Assembly (NCBI RefSeq): GCF_006345805.1
Contig: NW_021832337.1
Location: 1 to 31,195, forward strand
From: Octopus sinensis
Lineage: Eukaryota
DNA length: 31,195 nucleotides
Direction of reading: 5' to 3'
In this document: positions 11,551 to 22,564 of the stretch, piece after piece
Position numbering within the stretch: position 1 is the first letter of the stretch
Layout of the letters: each line of letters begins with the position of its first letter
Made by a program: the position numbers and the translations under genes
The notes under the pieces: generated by a model
Seen by the model: only the letters and a program-made list of their open reading frames with translations
Databases searched by the model: none
What the model was told of the DNA's origin: nothing

Positions 11551-11734
11551 CACTTATTCTTCAAGTCTTTTCATTCTAAAATCTACTTCATTCATCCTTC
11601 TTTCTTCACTCAGGGCTGCTGAGGACAGGAAATTTGATCAATTGTCAGCGTGTTGGACAAAATGCCATATCAGATTGCCTTTAGCAATCTGAGTTCAAAT
11701 CACGGCCAGTTCAATTCTGCCTTCTATTGTTCCA

Positions 11735-11905
11735 TCTTTTATCTTATACTTGTTTCAGTCATTGAACTGTGGCCATGCTGTGACAGCCTAGAATGTTTTT
11801 AGTCGAAGAAACCAATCCCAGCAGTTCTTATGTTTAGCGTTCATTCTATCGTTTTTTGTTTGTTTGTTTTTTTCCGAATCGCAAAGTTACGGGGACGGCC
11901 ATGCA
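11735..11905 (-). mobile_element. SINE family A, 3' half
   Basis: cttgtttcagtcattgaactgtggccatgctg...ccgaatcgcaaagttacggggac. Confidence 0.75.
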
Positions 11906-12569
11906 CCTTCTCATTTTAAAATTTTCTTTCCGTCTTCTTTATCTTTATCATGTTTCATATTCTTACCTATTCTTTATTCTTCATTCACAGACACAACGGC
12001 ATGGTCAAGAAATTTGCTTTGGAACCAAGTGATTTGGGTTTCAGTTCCTCTACGCGTTTCCTTGGGCAAGTGGTGTTCACTATGGCTGAAAACCATTGCA
12101 TGTGTATGGGAGTATGGGTGTGGGTATGTGCGTGTGTGTGGTTCAAAATTATGCAAAAATCGAAAAACAGAAGACAGGTACAGATGAAGGAGCAACAAAC
12201 CAGTTGTATTAGTTTGACACTCAGGAGATATAGAAAAATCTTCGACATTTCGAGCCGATGCAATTCTACACAAAGGAATGAGGGAATAAAAATGGAGAGA
12301 GGCAAAAAACTAAGAGAGAAAAACTTGTCCTTGTTAATATGTGTCTGTGTGTATGATGTGGCTGTATATGTGTTTATGTTTCATCTTTTCTACCTCTTGA
12401 CAGGTTGGCGTTCGTCTATTTACGTCCCCGTAACGTTCGACATAAATAAACGATAAAATAAGTGCCAAACTTTAACAAAGAACATCGATTGTCAAGCAGT
12501 GGGCGTAGGGACGAACACAAATACAAAGATACACACATATACACACGTATATGTGTATGTATATATATA

Positions 12570-12802
12570 TCTATTTCTTTACTACCCACAAGGGGTTAAA
12601 CACAGAGAGGACAAACAAGGACAAATGGTTTAAGTCGATTACATCGACCCCAGTGCGTAACTGGTACTTAATTTATCGACCCCGAAAGGATGAAAGTCCA
12701 AGTCGGCCTTGGCGGAATTTGAACTCAGAACCTAACGGCAGACGAAATACGGCTACGCATTTCGCCCGGCGTGCTAACGTTTCTGCCAGCTCGCCGCCTT
12801 AT
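12570..12802 (-). mobile_element. SINE family B, full length, with a variant 3' tail
   Basis: Reverse complement starts aaggcggcgagctggcagaaacgttagcacgccgggcgaaatg. Its tail differs from the + copies and matches 30987-31030. Confidence 0.9.
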
Positions 12803-12913
12803 ATATATCTGTGTGTGTGTGCATGTAAGTATGTGTGCGGGTGTGCGTGCGTGTGGGTATGTGGGTGTGTATGTATGTGTTATATGTGTATGTATATATA
12901 TATGTATGTGTAT

Positions 12914-12984
<71 letters not shown>

Positions 12985-12994
12985 CTGGTCTAAG

Positions 12995-13200
12995 CTGGCA
13001 GTTCGTTAGCATGCCGGGCTAAATTCTTAGCGGAATTTTGTGCGTCTTTAAGTTTTGTGTTGAAATTTCACCAATGCCGACTTTACCCTTCATTCTTCCA
13101 GCGTCGTTAAAACGAGTACCAGTTGTGCACTGGGGTCGATGTAATCAACTTACGTGTTCCCTCGAAACTGTTGCCTATGTACCAAAATTTGAAACCAAAT
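12995..13200 (+). mobile_element. SINE family B, diverged
   Basis: agctggcagttcgttagcatgccgggctaaattcttagcgg...ccaaaatttgaaacc. Confidence 0.8.
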
Positions 13201-13337
13201 ACATGCCTAGTGAGCACGAGGTCATAGAAGACATTTGTTTGCGGTGCCGCGCAGTGCACCGGAACCCGAAGCTACATGGTTGCAAAGCAATTTTCTTAAC
13301 CACACAACCAGGCCTACACCTAAAGAGACACACACGC

Positions 13338-13532
13338 AAGGCGGCGAGCTGGCAGAAACGTTAGCACGCCAGGCGAAATGATTAGCAGTATTCCGCCTGT
13401 CTTTACGTTCTGAGTTCAAATTCCGCCGAGGTCGACTTTGCCTTTTATCCTTTCAGGGTTGATAAATTAAGTATCTCTTGCGTACTGGGGGTCGATCTAA
13501 TTGACTAGCCTTGTGCCTAGAATAGAAAAGAA
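13338..13532 (+). mobile_element. SINE family B, full length
   Basis: aaggcggcgagctggcagaaacgttagcacgcc...gaggtcgactttgccttttatcctttcaggg...tagaatagaaaagaat. Confidence 0.9.
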
Positions 13533-14448
13533 TACAGACACACACACACACACACACTTCTTTACATATATATATATATTACTGTTCACTCGATGTGTCA
13601 TCTTTTATATTCCGTCCTTCTCGCTCATTCACTTTGTGTGAATTTATTCACAATTTATCTTTTTTCTCTTTTATTTGGGCTTTTTCCTTCACTTCCTTCA
13701 ATTATTTCTTTCTTCATTCTCTCCGGTCTTTTCTTCATATCTCATTTCCTCTTTAATTATTTTTTTACGTCTTCATTTTGACCTTCGTTCGCTTCCTTTC
13801 TTTCAAGAGTTCTCTCTCTCTCTATTGTTATTATGTTAGCGCTGAGAGAAATGGAAATTTCTCGAATGGAAAGCAAGAACGAAAGAGAAGAGAAAAGGTA
13901 AAAAAGCAAAAACGGAAAGAAAAGAGTGGAAAGCAAAAAAAAAAAAGAAGAGAGAGAAACGAACAATTATAACAGGTTTTTGTATAAGATCAGCACCATT
14001 TCTGAAATGACCCGAAAGCGACAAGGAATAAAGAAAGTGGTTTCATGTGCAGATGAAGAGAAAATGAACCAAGATTTGTGTGTGCGAGACAGGATGGGGG
14101 AGAGAATGAGGGTGTCTGTGCACACCACACACACAGGCGCACACACACATATGTGCATATATCTAAGTATGTAGATATGTATGTAGATATGTATGTAGGT
14201 AGGTATCTTCTCATCTATTTTTGAATTATTTGAAGTCTTCTTGTATAAAAGGAGTTGGTTTGTAACAAAGATACAAAACTCCATCTTTGGAACATAGATA
14301 ACAAGAACAAGAACAATGTCAATTTAGAATTTGTTAAAAGTCTTGAAGATTGCATCTGTGGAATGCGTGTTCATCGGCCTATTTCTTTGTTCCTTGAAGC
14401 TCCTCCAAGATTATCATTCTAATTTTATTAACATAACAAAGTGCACCA

Positions 14449-14508
<60 letters not shown>

Positions 14509-14575
14509 TGTATGTATGTATGTATGTATGTATTCATGTATGTATATATGTATACATATATACATATATATATAA

Positions 14576-14621
<46 letters not shown>

Positions 14622-14823
14622 GTGCGTACATATATGTTTGTATGTAACTTTTCTATTTTTAATTACTTGAAGTCTTCTTGTAAGGAAAGAGCGGGTTTCT
14701 AACAAAGATATAAAGCTTCATCGTGTCAGAATGTAGATAAAGAACTTGAGAAAAGTTTTGCATACTTCTACCGTTCCGCTTATGTTTGTAATATGCGTAT
14801 CAGCCGGATGGTTTCTTTTCCAG

Positions 14824-14873
14824 ATTGTCACTACGGCATAAGTCAACAAATCCAAGTGCGCCAGCTATTATCG
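14824..14873 (+). CDS. Candidate exon 1 of the + strand short-exon chain (xLSLRHKSTNPSAPAII)
   Basis: ggtttcttttccag|...ATCG|gtaagc; 50 nt. Confidence 0.4.
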
Positions 14874-15030
14874 GTAAGCAGTTGTCCGTTCTTGTCCTCT
14901 TTCACTTTTTTTTTTTTCGAATGGAAATTCACATCAGCCGAGCAGCTGATTCCTATGGCTGTGCATATTTTTCATGCCAATCCCAAATGACGATGTTCAA
15001 CCAGTTATGTATGTGTGATCTTTCGTTCAG

Positions 15031-15116
15031 TTTTATTTAAGTTCTTCTTAAGAGAGTTGAAGCCCGTCGGTAAAACAACCACAAGACTTTTTGAGTTAAG
15101 AGAATTCCTGGTATTT
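15031..15116 (+). CDS. Candidate exon 2 of the chain (VLFKFFLRELKPVGKTTTRLFELREFLVF)
   Basis: gatctttcgttcag|...GTATTT|gtaagt; 86 nt, open phase 1 to 0. An alternative AAG acceptor at 15041 would give a 75-nt phase 0 to 0 exon. Confidence 0.35.
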
Positions 15117-15567
15117 GTAAGTATGTGGTTGCGGTGGTCGCGGTAGTTGATATGTTGGTTGAACTGCCGATACATACACCGTTGTTTGTTTGTGAATCTA
15201 TTCATCTAAAAAATCTGAGATAGAGAACCTTTGGAATATCTAACAAATTTTCAGTGTGTCACCAATAAATTGCATTTATCTTTTTAACTTTTATTTTTTA
15301 CTGATTTCAGCACAAGGCTGCGGTCATGCTGGTGCACCACCTGTGATTATTCAGTGTTGCTTCCGGTACTGTTTCTGGAAAATTTGCAACAGTTTCTTTC
15401 GTTTTTCTTTGGAATACCTAGTATTTCTTAGGTTTTGTGTAAATGTATGTATGTCATTTTTCAGAATTTCAACATCAGCAACAGGGTTTTTTGTTTGCAT
15501 GTATGTATGCATGTATGTATGTATGTGTGTGTATGTATGAATGTATGTATGTATGAATGAATAAATG

Positions 15568-15598
<31 letters not shown>

Positions 15599-15687
15599 GT
15601 ATGTATATGTGCAGATATGTATATTTTGTTTTATGTACGTATTCTCACAAATATAGTTGCATATCTAGACATGCTCATATACATTTA

Positions 15688-16035
15688 AAGGATAAACTTC
15701 AGGAAATTTTATAGACTTTTACAGTTCCAGGGATGGATTGGATCTGTAGTCTTCGAATTAGCTTCCTCCTTTCTGGTTTTGAGGAGCCTAATTTCTCAAG
15801 ATTGGCATTTAGTCAGTGTGGTTCATATCCCAGGACCCTAATAATTACAAGTATAAAACTGAAATTGTAATCTGGATAGAGTAACTGCAGATTTCTCAAT
15901 AGTGGGCATTCTCTTTTTCACTGATCTTCAGCTTTATGTTAACATCCGCAAAGCAACTAATTTCCCCAACTGCACACAGTTTCTCTTCTCTATCCCAAAT
16001 CATTATATCAGGTCTGTTGAGTCACATATCACAAA
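15688..16035 (-). mobile_element. R4/Dong-type non-LTR retrotransposon, 3' restriction-like endonuclease remnant
   Basis: NRPDIMIWDREEKLCAVGEISC...RNLQLLYPDYNFSFILVII...NANLEKLGSSKPERRKLIRRLQIQSIPGTVKVYK. PD..(D/E)..K-type RLE C-terminus, with stops and a (CATA)-type tail at about 15490-15610. Confidence 0.85.
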
Positions 16036-16090
16036 ACTTGTAAGACAATATCTGGACTTAAAAGACATATGCTAGTCCACAAAAACACTC
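16022..16090 (+). mobile_element. RTE-type C2H2 finger fragment
   Basis: HKTCKTISGLKRHMLVHK, the same style as the fingers at 3405-3862. Confidence 0.55.
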
Positions 16091-16646
16091 CTTCAAGATC
16101 AATATCAAGGCAAAGTACTGTTTGGGATAATAGATTGGAAATGTAGTGGCTCAGCTCTTCTGCTACATTTGCTACCATAGATTAGTGGTTTTAAATACGA
16201 TTCATCTTACCAGTCTTTGCTCTTCTCCTCTGAGTTTTTCCTCCTGTCAAGAATTATGATTGCCAGAGCTGATTTTACCTTGGGTTTTGAAATGCCAACA
16301 AGATTTTAGAGACTGTACCTATCGAAACATTTAACAATTTAATGGTTTAAGTGACTGAATCTCCGGCCATCTACGTTCCAACTATTAGGACTCTTTGGAA
16401 ATCAGATAGGTCACGCACTTCAACTTATTTCTATATAAACATCTGCAAATAGAACAAACCAACGTCTATGTGTTGAATAATGCATATGATCACACACACG
16501 TACACACCTATACACAGTGACACACACACACATACATACAGACAAATATACATACATATACATACAAATTGAGCAGTTATGAATTTGTCATTTTGCCAAC
16601 AAAAAATATAGTGTAATAGAATTTGAAAAAGTGTTGCTTCCATTAT

Positions 16647-16677
<31 letters not shown>

Positions 16678-16767
16678 CATACATACATACATACATACAT
16701 ACATGCATACATACATACATACATACATACATACATACATACATACATACATACATACATACATACA

Positions 16768-16800
<33 letters not shown>

Positions 16801-17001
16801 TATATATGTGTGTGTATATGTTCATGTATGTATACACACACGCAGATATTTATGAAGACATAGAAACTATGTTCTCATAATGTGAATCAACATACACCCA
16901 GATACACATATCACTTTACTAATGGAAAAAGTATTAGGATCGATGTAATCGACTTGCTCCTTCCTCTTAAAATCGCTGGCCACGTGAAGTAATTTGAAAG
17001 A

Positions 17002-17072
<71 letters not shown>

Positions 17073-17087
17073 TATTATTATTATTAC

Positions 17088-17124
<37 letters not shown>

Positions 17125-17147
17125 TTATTATTATTATTATTATTATT

Positions 17148-17365
17148 AAGGAGACGAGCTGGCAGAATTGTTACCTCGCTGGACAAAACGCTTAGCGGGA
17201 TTTCGCCCGTCGCTACGTTCTGAGTACAAATTCCGCCGAGATCTATTTTGCCTTTCATACACTCGGGGTGGATAAAATAAGTACCAGTTGAACACCGGGC
17301 TCGATGTAATCGATTCGTCCACTCCCCCACAATGGCTGCCCCTGTGAAAAAAATTTGAAACCGTT
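17148..17365 (+). mobile_element. SINE family B, full length, preceded by (TAT)n at 17003-17147 and a family B 3' half at 16925-17003
   Basis: aaggagacgagctggcagaattgttacctcgctggacaaaacgcttagcgg...aaatttgaaacc. Confidence 0.85.
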
Positions 17366-17384
17366 ATTGTTACTTTTAATCTGC

Positions 17385-17665
17385 ATGTTTGTTACAATCA
17401 CTCACCGAGACACAGCCATCGTCTAGGGCGAGCGAAGGACAAGGTATGTTACAGTATGACTGAAAGTTTGGGGAGGGGAAATAGCAGAGGCAGTAGCAAA
17501 ATATCTTCATGTAATACAACAGAAATACTTAAATTGATAGGGTTTTTCTACGTGGGCAGTACTTGTTAGCACAATCTTTTGGATTTCTCTGAGACATAGT
17601 TCTCCTGGGATGTTATCTATATGTTTATATCATCCCTTTTTATCATACATAGGATAACAATAACA
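17385..17665 (-). mobile_element. R4/Dong-type LINE, extreme 3' end and 3' UTR (subfamily 1)
   Basis: VPVIV..MIK...NIPGELCLREIQK/IVLTSTAH..KTLSI* followed by a UTR ending in gattaaaagtaacaataac. Confidence 0.7.
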
Positions 17666-17678
17666 GGAACATTTATCA

Positions 17679-17679
<1 letters not shown>

Positions 17680-17746
<67 letters not shown>

Positions 17747-18215
17747 TTATTATTATTCAATAACCTTATCTTTATCATGTGCTTTCACTGCACAACCGAG
17801 CGCAGCTCTGTGTGCCTTGGGTGTGTGCTATGGTGTGTTTTGATGCTCTTATTTTGAATGTATTGAAAGTGTTTTACATAGGATGTGTGCGGTGCCTAGT
17901 AGTGCTATTTTTGTATGTTATATATACTTGTTAGTCCTGGTGTTTTTGTTATGTATTTGTCTGTATATTCTTTTATCATACGTAATGCACCTACTGTGAT
18001 AGGAATTGTTTCTGTTTTTAGACTCCACATTTGAGTTACGTCTATTTCCTTATTTTTGTATTTTGAAAGTGTCTCCGTTTCTTTTAGAGAAATGTTGTCA
18101 GGTGTTGGTATTGATATATCGATTAGAAAGCTTTTTTTTTCTTGGTAATCTCTGATAACTATACCCGATATATTGACCTTAATTTCTCTATCTGTGTGTA
18201 TTGGCATGTCCTAGA
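17680..18215 (-). mobile_element. R4/Dong-type LINE, 5'-truncated, RLE domain to (AAT)n tail (subfamily 2)
   Basis: DMPIHTDREIKVNISGIVIRDYQEKKSFLIDISIP...KETETLSKYK...TIPITVGAL...IQK/IALLGTAHILCKTLS, then a UTR and (AAT)n at 17680-17745. Confidence 0.9.
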
Positions 18216-18760
18216 GTAAAATAGGCTCATGTCAATCAATAGACAGACTTTATTGTTTCACAACAATATCTGGTTTATTTGCCTGATGGACCGATCTGTA
18301 CATACTGGGAAATCCCAAAGAATAGTTACATTTTCTCCCTCGGTTACAGCCTCAGGGTGATGCTTGTACCATTTGTCAGCAGTTTTCACTTCGTAATGCT
18401 GACATATTATCCAATGGAGATATTAGCCAACTCGATCATGTCTTGATTTGTACACTACAACTGCTAAAACCTTACATACAAGAATTAGACGGTCCACTAT
18501 TTCTATTCCATCGTTGCAGCATCGGCACATTCGGTCTACACCATTTTACATCACATTGGCTTGATAATAAGGTTTAATCTTGAGTCAGTAAGCTCTAATC
18601 TTAGGCAGCCAAGATAAAGCTTTGGCCCAGAGCTCTGTAGCCACGATGGGGGTGCTTCTGATCTACTTCAGCATGTTCTACGGGCCACATATTTGCTATG
18701 CCGAAGTTTTTGTTTCCATTTATCAGCTAATTGTTCCAATGCATTTTGTTTTGCTATTGA
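18216..18760 (-). mobile_element. R4/Dong-type LINE, zinc knuckle and start of RLE (subfamily 1)
   Basis: KWKQKLRHSKY...FILAA*D*SLLT...CRCCNDGIEIVDRLILVC...RHDRVG*YLHWIICQHY...ILWDFPVCTDRSI..NKPDIVVK..LIDMS. Confidence 0.85.
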
Positions 18761-19039
18761 TTCTACTATCAGTTAGGTGTAATGAAGCCATAAAAGTAGA
18801 GAGTCAGACAGTTAGAGAACGTGACACGCGCGCACACACACAAATTTGCAAACGTACACGCAGGTGGTCACGAGTTTAAAATGGTGTGTAGCAGACATAT
18901 GTAGGTATGAACGTATGTATATATATATATATATGCATGCATATTGTGAGAGCTTGTGTGTGTTGTGTCTATGTAGTTACGAAAGTATGTATGCAGCGTC
19001 GCGTGTATATGACACCTATAATAACGTTAGCGTCCCATT

Positions 19040-19310
19040 CTCTCCGCTGATTTCGCCTTCACTGATAGAAGTCACCCTCTCTCTCAGACCTATAAGTTTG
19101 CAACCTTCTCATTTTATCATATAATTTGCCAAACGTGCACATTATAGATTTTAAATAAAATTTATTTAGCCTATTATTGAACTGGATGTTAGTGTCACAT
19201 GTATGCAAAGTTTCGTGAATATTGGTTCAGTGGTTTAGGCACTAAGTTGGTAACGGCAGACGGACAGAGAGACAGACAGAAAGAAATTGCCATTTATATA
19301 TATATAAATA
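19040..19310 (-). mobile_element. HINE/DINE-1-like non-autonomous element
   Basis: gtatgcaaagtttcgtgaatattggttcagtggtttagg...cagacggacagagagacagacagaaagaaattgccatttatatatata. A (GTCT)-type microsatellite next to a tatataaatggcaatt terminus is a HINE-like layout. Recognised by eye. Confidence 0.55.
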
Positions 19311-19984
19311 GCTATCTCATCAACTACTGCTCTCTCTGTCTTTCTATATATCCATATAATTATATATTGATATACATGTGTGTGTGTGTGTGTGTATGTG
19401 TGTTTACGTATATACGTATGTATATGTGTGTGACTGTGCATGACTATGACTCTGCGTGCATGTGTGTGTCTGTATCTGTGTGTGTGTGTGTGGTGTGTTG
19501 TGTGTGTGTGTGTGTGTGCATAGCATTTAATAAAGTGCATTGAATCACTGCTAATACATTGTTTGACATTCAAACAATTCCGTTCAAAGGATTTAAGTAG
19601 TTTCTTGAAAAGAACAACAGCTTCGTATTTTGTTCCACCTATTGCCACTAAATACTCATACATAATTTCATCTACGTATTCACTTAGCCAATACTCACCA
19701 TTGTGTGTCAGCCAGTTCATATACATACACACACAGACACACACAAAATGGGATTTTTTCCACCCTATTAAGTCAATATTATTTATGTTCAGTCAAGTGT
19801 AGCCGTTATCGCTAAGTTTTGACATCGTCTAAAATTGTGACCTTTTTTCGGAATCTATGTGTATGGCTTCTTATGCGAAACGACATTGTGTGGCCAACAA
19901 AGTAGTATCTACTTCTTCGCTTGAGCTGCCAAAAATAGCAGTCAAATTTCATTCATAAGTCACCTCCTATATTCTTGAAAATGG

Positions 19985-20190
19985 AAGGAGACGTGTATCT
20001 TTAATCTTTTATTTGTTTCAGTCATTGAGCTGCAGCCATGTTGGGCACCACTCTGAAGTGTTTTAGTCGAACAAATCGTCCCCAGGACTTTTATTTTTAG
20101 AATTTTGGCCCGTATTCTAAGTGCTTTTTGTGGAACCAGCACCGGTTGTCAATCGGTAGAAGGCGGGACAAACACAAATAGAAATACGCA
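19985..20190 (-). mobile_element. SINE family A, 3' half
   Basis: tttgtttcagtcattgagctgcagccatgttgggcacc...tagtcgaacaaatcgtccccaggactt. Confidence 0.8.
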
Positions 20191-20313
20191 CACAAACACA
20201 CACACATTTACATACATACATACATACACACACAGACTCCCACTCACACACACATAAGCTAATAGAATATCGCGGTTTCGATTCCCAGACCGGGTGTTGT
20301 GAGATAGACAGAC

Positions 20314-20429
<116 letters not shown>

Positions 20430-20559
20430 GAAAGTTAGGATATTGCACTTCCCCGTATTATTGTACTTTTCCAATGCTGCCACCCCTGCTGATTTAAAAG
20501 TTAACATTACCTGCCGAACGGATGGTCAATCTGAGGCAGGGGCCGAGTCATTTGCAGTT

Positions 20560-20690
20560 GAGGGTACTGAAGCAACGTGAAATGGCGTGTTTTGATCAAG
20601 AACACATCTCACAGACGGCCAGGGAATCGGAACCACGATACTGCGATTCTGCGTGCAACACCGTAACCACCAGATCACGCGTCTCCACAC
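20560..20690 (-). mobile_element. SINE family C, 5' part
   Basis: gaagcaacgtgaaatggcgtgttttgatcaagaacaca...gggaatcggaaccacg. A short + head fragment also lies at 20270-20300. Confidence 0.7.
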
Positions 20691-20977
20691 ACAGACACAC
20701 ACAAACACATATGTGTGTGTGCGTGTGTGGTGTATGTGTCTATGTGTATGTGTGTGCGTGTGACGTGTTTTAACATCGTATTCGTTCACCGGATTATCTC
20801 ACGGTGCATCAGTCGTCCCGGGTCGACAACTTCCCGTGTTGCCTCACCGTGGAACTGAACCACAAACAGTACGATTGCTAAACGAACTTCTTAACCACAC
20901 AACCATATCTGTGTGTTTATGCATTATAGTGCGTGTGTATGTGTGTATGTGTGTGTATATGTGTTTGTTTGTGCATG

Positions 20978-21017
<40 letters not shown>

Positions 21018-21321
21018 TGGAGAGATTGATAGAATCAGATAGATAGAATGACTGATTGAGTGATTGATTGATTGACTGACAGAATGAATGAAAGATTGAT
21101 ATGTACACACATACAAGGTTCAAAAGTTATTTTAATATTAAAATTCTTTAAATAAATACGCTTTTTATTGTTTTCGAATTTCATTTCCATAGATTTTAAT
21201 AAAATTTCGTGCCATTGTGTCCATACAACCATCTTGTGAACGAATATCGTTTGATAGATTTGAGAAACATGTCATAAGCAAAGATAAAACAATATTCATT
21301 AGCCTGAAAAAGTATATATAT

Positions 21322-21378
<57 letters not shown>

Positions 21379-21546
21379 GATGTATATACGTGTATATGTA
21401 TCTATTCACAAATATACATATGTACATGTATACAAACAGCCATATCTGTATATATGAATACACGCACAAACACAAACATACATATACATACATATATAAG
21501 TGTGTGCGTGTGTGTGTTTATGTGTGTGTGTATGTATGTATATATA

Positions 21547-22270
21547 GGTGCAGGAGTGGCTGTGTGGTAAGCAGCTTACTTCTCAACCACATGGTTCCGC
21601 GTTCAGTCCCACTGCGTGGCACCTTGGGCAAGTGTCTTCTACTATAGCCTTGCGCCGACCAAAGCTTGTGAGTGGATTTGCTTGACAGAAACTGAAAAAA
21701 GCCCGTCGTATATATATGTGTATGTGTGTTTGTGTGTGTGTGTATGTGCGTGTGTGTGTGTGTATTTGTTTGTTTGTCTGTGTGTCTGTGTTTGTCCCTC
21801 CACCATCGGTTGACAACCGATGCTGGTGTGTTTACATCACCGTAAACTAGCGGTTCGGCAAAAGCGACCGATATAATAAGTGCTAGGCTTACAAAGAATA
21901 AGTCCTGGTACAGTTCTATATTCAAGAGATGAGGAAATATTTGCATTATTTACATTATTCACTTTTGACGGCTATTTCTCCTCATCTTGTTTGTTGTTAA
22001 CATAACATTTCGGCTGATATCAGGTGTCTTGGGGAAATTTCGAACCTGGTTTCTCATTCCTAAGGTAGTTGTTGTTGTTGTTGTTGTTGTTTTGTTATCA
22101 TTATTATTACTATTATTCAGGTCACTGCCTGGAATCAATCTCGGAATCAAACAAGATGACATATATCCGTCAAATGTAAATAATGTATAAGCCTTGGTAT
22201 CGATTTGATCGACTAAAGGTGGTGCTCCAGCATGGCCGTAGTCAAATTACTGAAACAAATAAAAGAATAA
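21547..22270 (+). mobile_element. SINE family A, full length but split by an insertion at 21909-22187
   Basis: The SINE reads to ...gaataagtcctgg (21908) and resumes at taagccttggtatcgatttgatcgactaaagg (22188). Confidence 0.85.
21909..22187. mobile_element. Penelope-related inverted-repeat element with a broken hammerhead
   Basis: Arms 21951-21993 and 22148-22187 are imperfect inverted repeats. Minus strand 21997-22027 reads GACAC-CTGATA-TCAGCC-GAAAT-GTT-ATGTT. Flanked by taagtcctgg / taagccttgg (8/10). Confidence 0.7.
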
Positions 22271-22345
22271 AACAATTAAAGAACACACACACACAAACAC
22301 GCACACACATACATATACATATACATATACATATATATAAATATG

Positions 22346-22377
<32 letters not shown>

Positions 22378-22564
22378 TATAATATATATATATATATAAT
22401 ATATATTTGAGTAGTTGAATGAATTATCTTATTAAGGTTAATTCGAATTAACCGATACCTGGGTAGCAAATTCACATCAGAAAAAACACGGTTGAAGTTA
22501 CGTGCCTAGGGCATAGATTACGTGCTTTCATGTGGAAATTTGTATGTTTATTTTAAAAATATAA

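Noticed and set aside
17400-17447. Apparent + strand exon ending GACAAG|gtatgt
   Set aside because: It lies in the antisense 3' UTR of the R4/Dong fragment and has no good acceptor.
21193-21311. Strong acceptor (tttcatttccatag) with an open frame ILIKFRAIVSIQPSCERISF...
   Set aside because: Only a weak donor at a TA repeat, and its phase would break the chain. Not supported enough to call.
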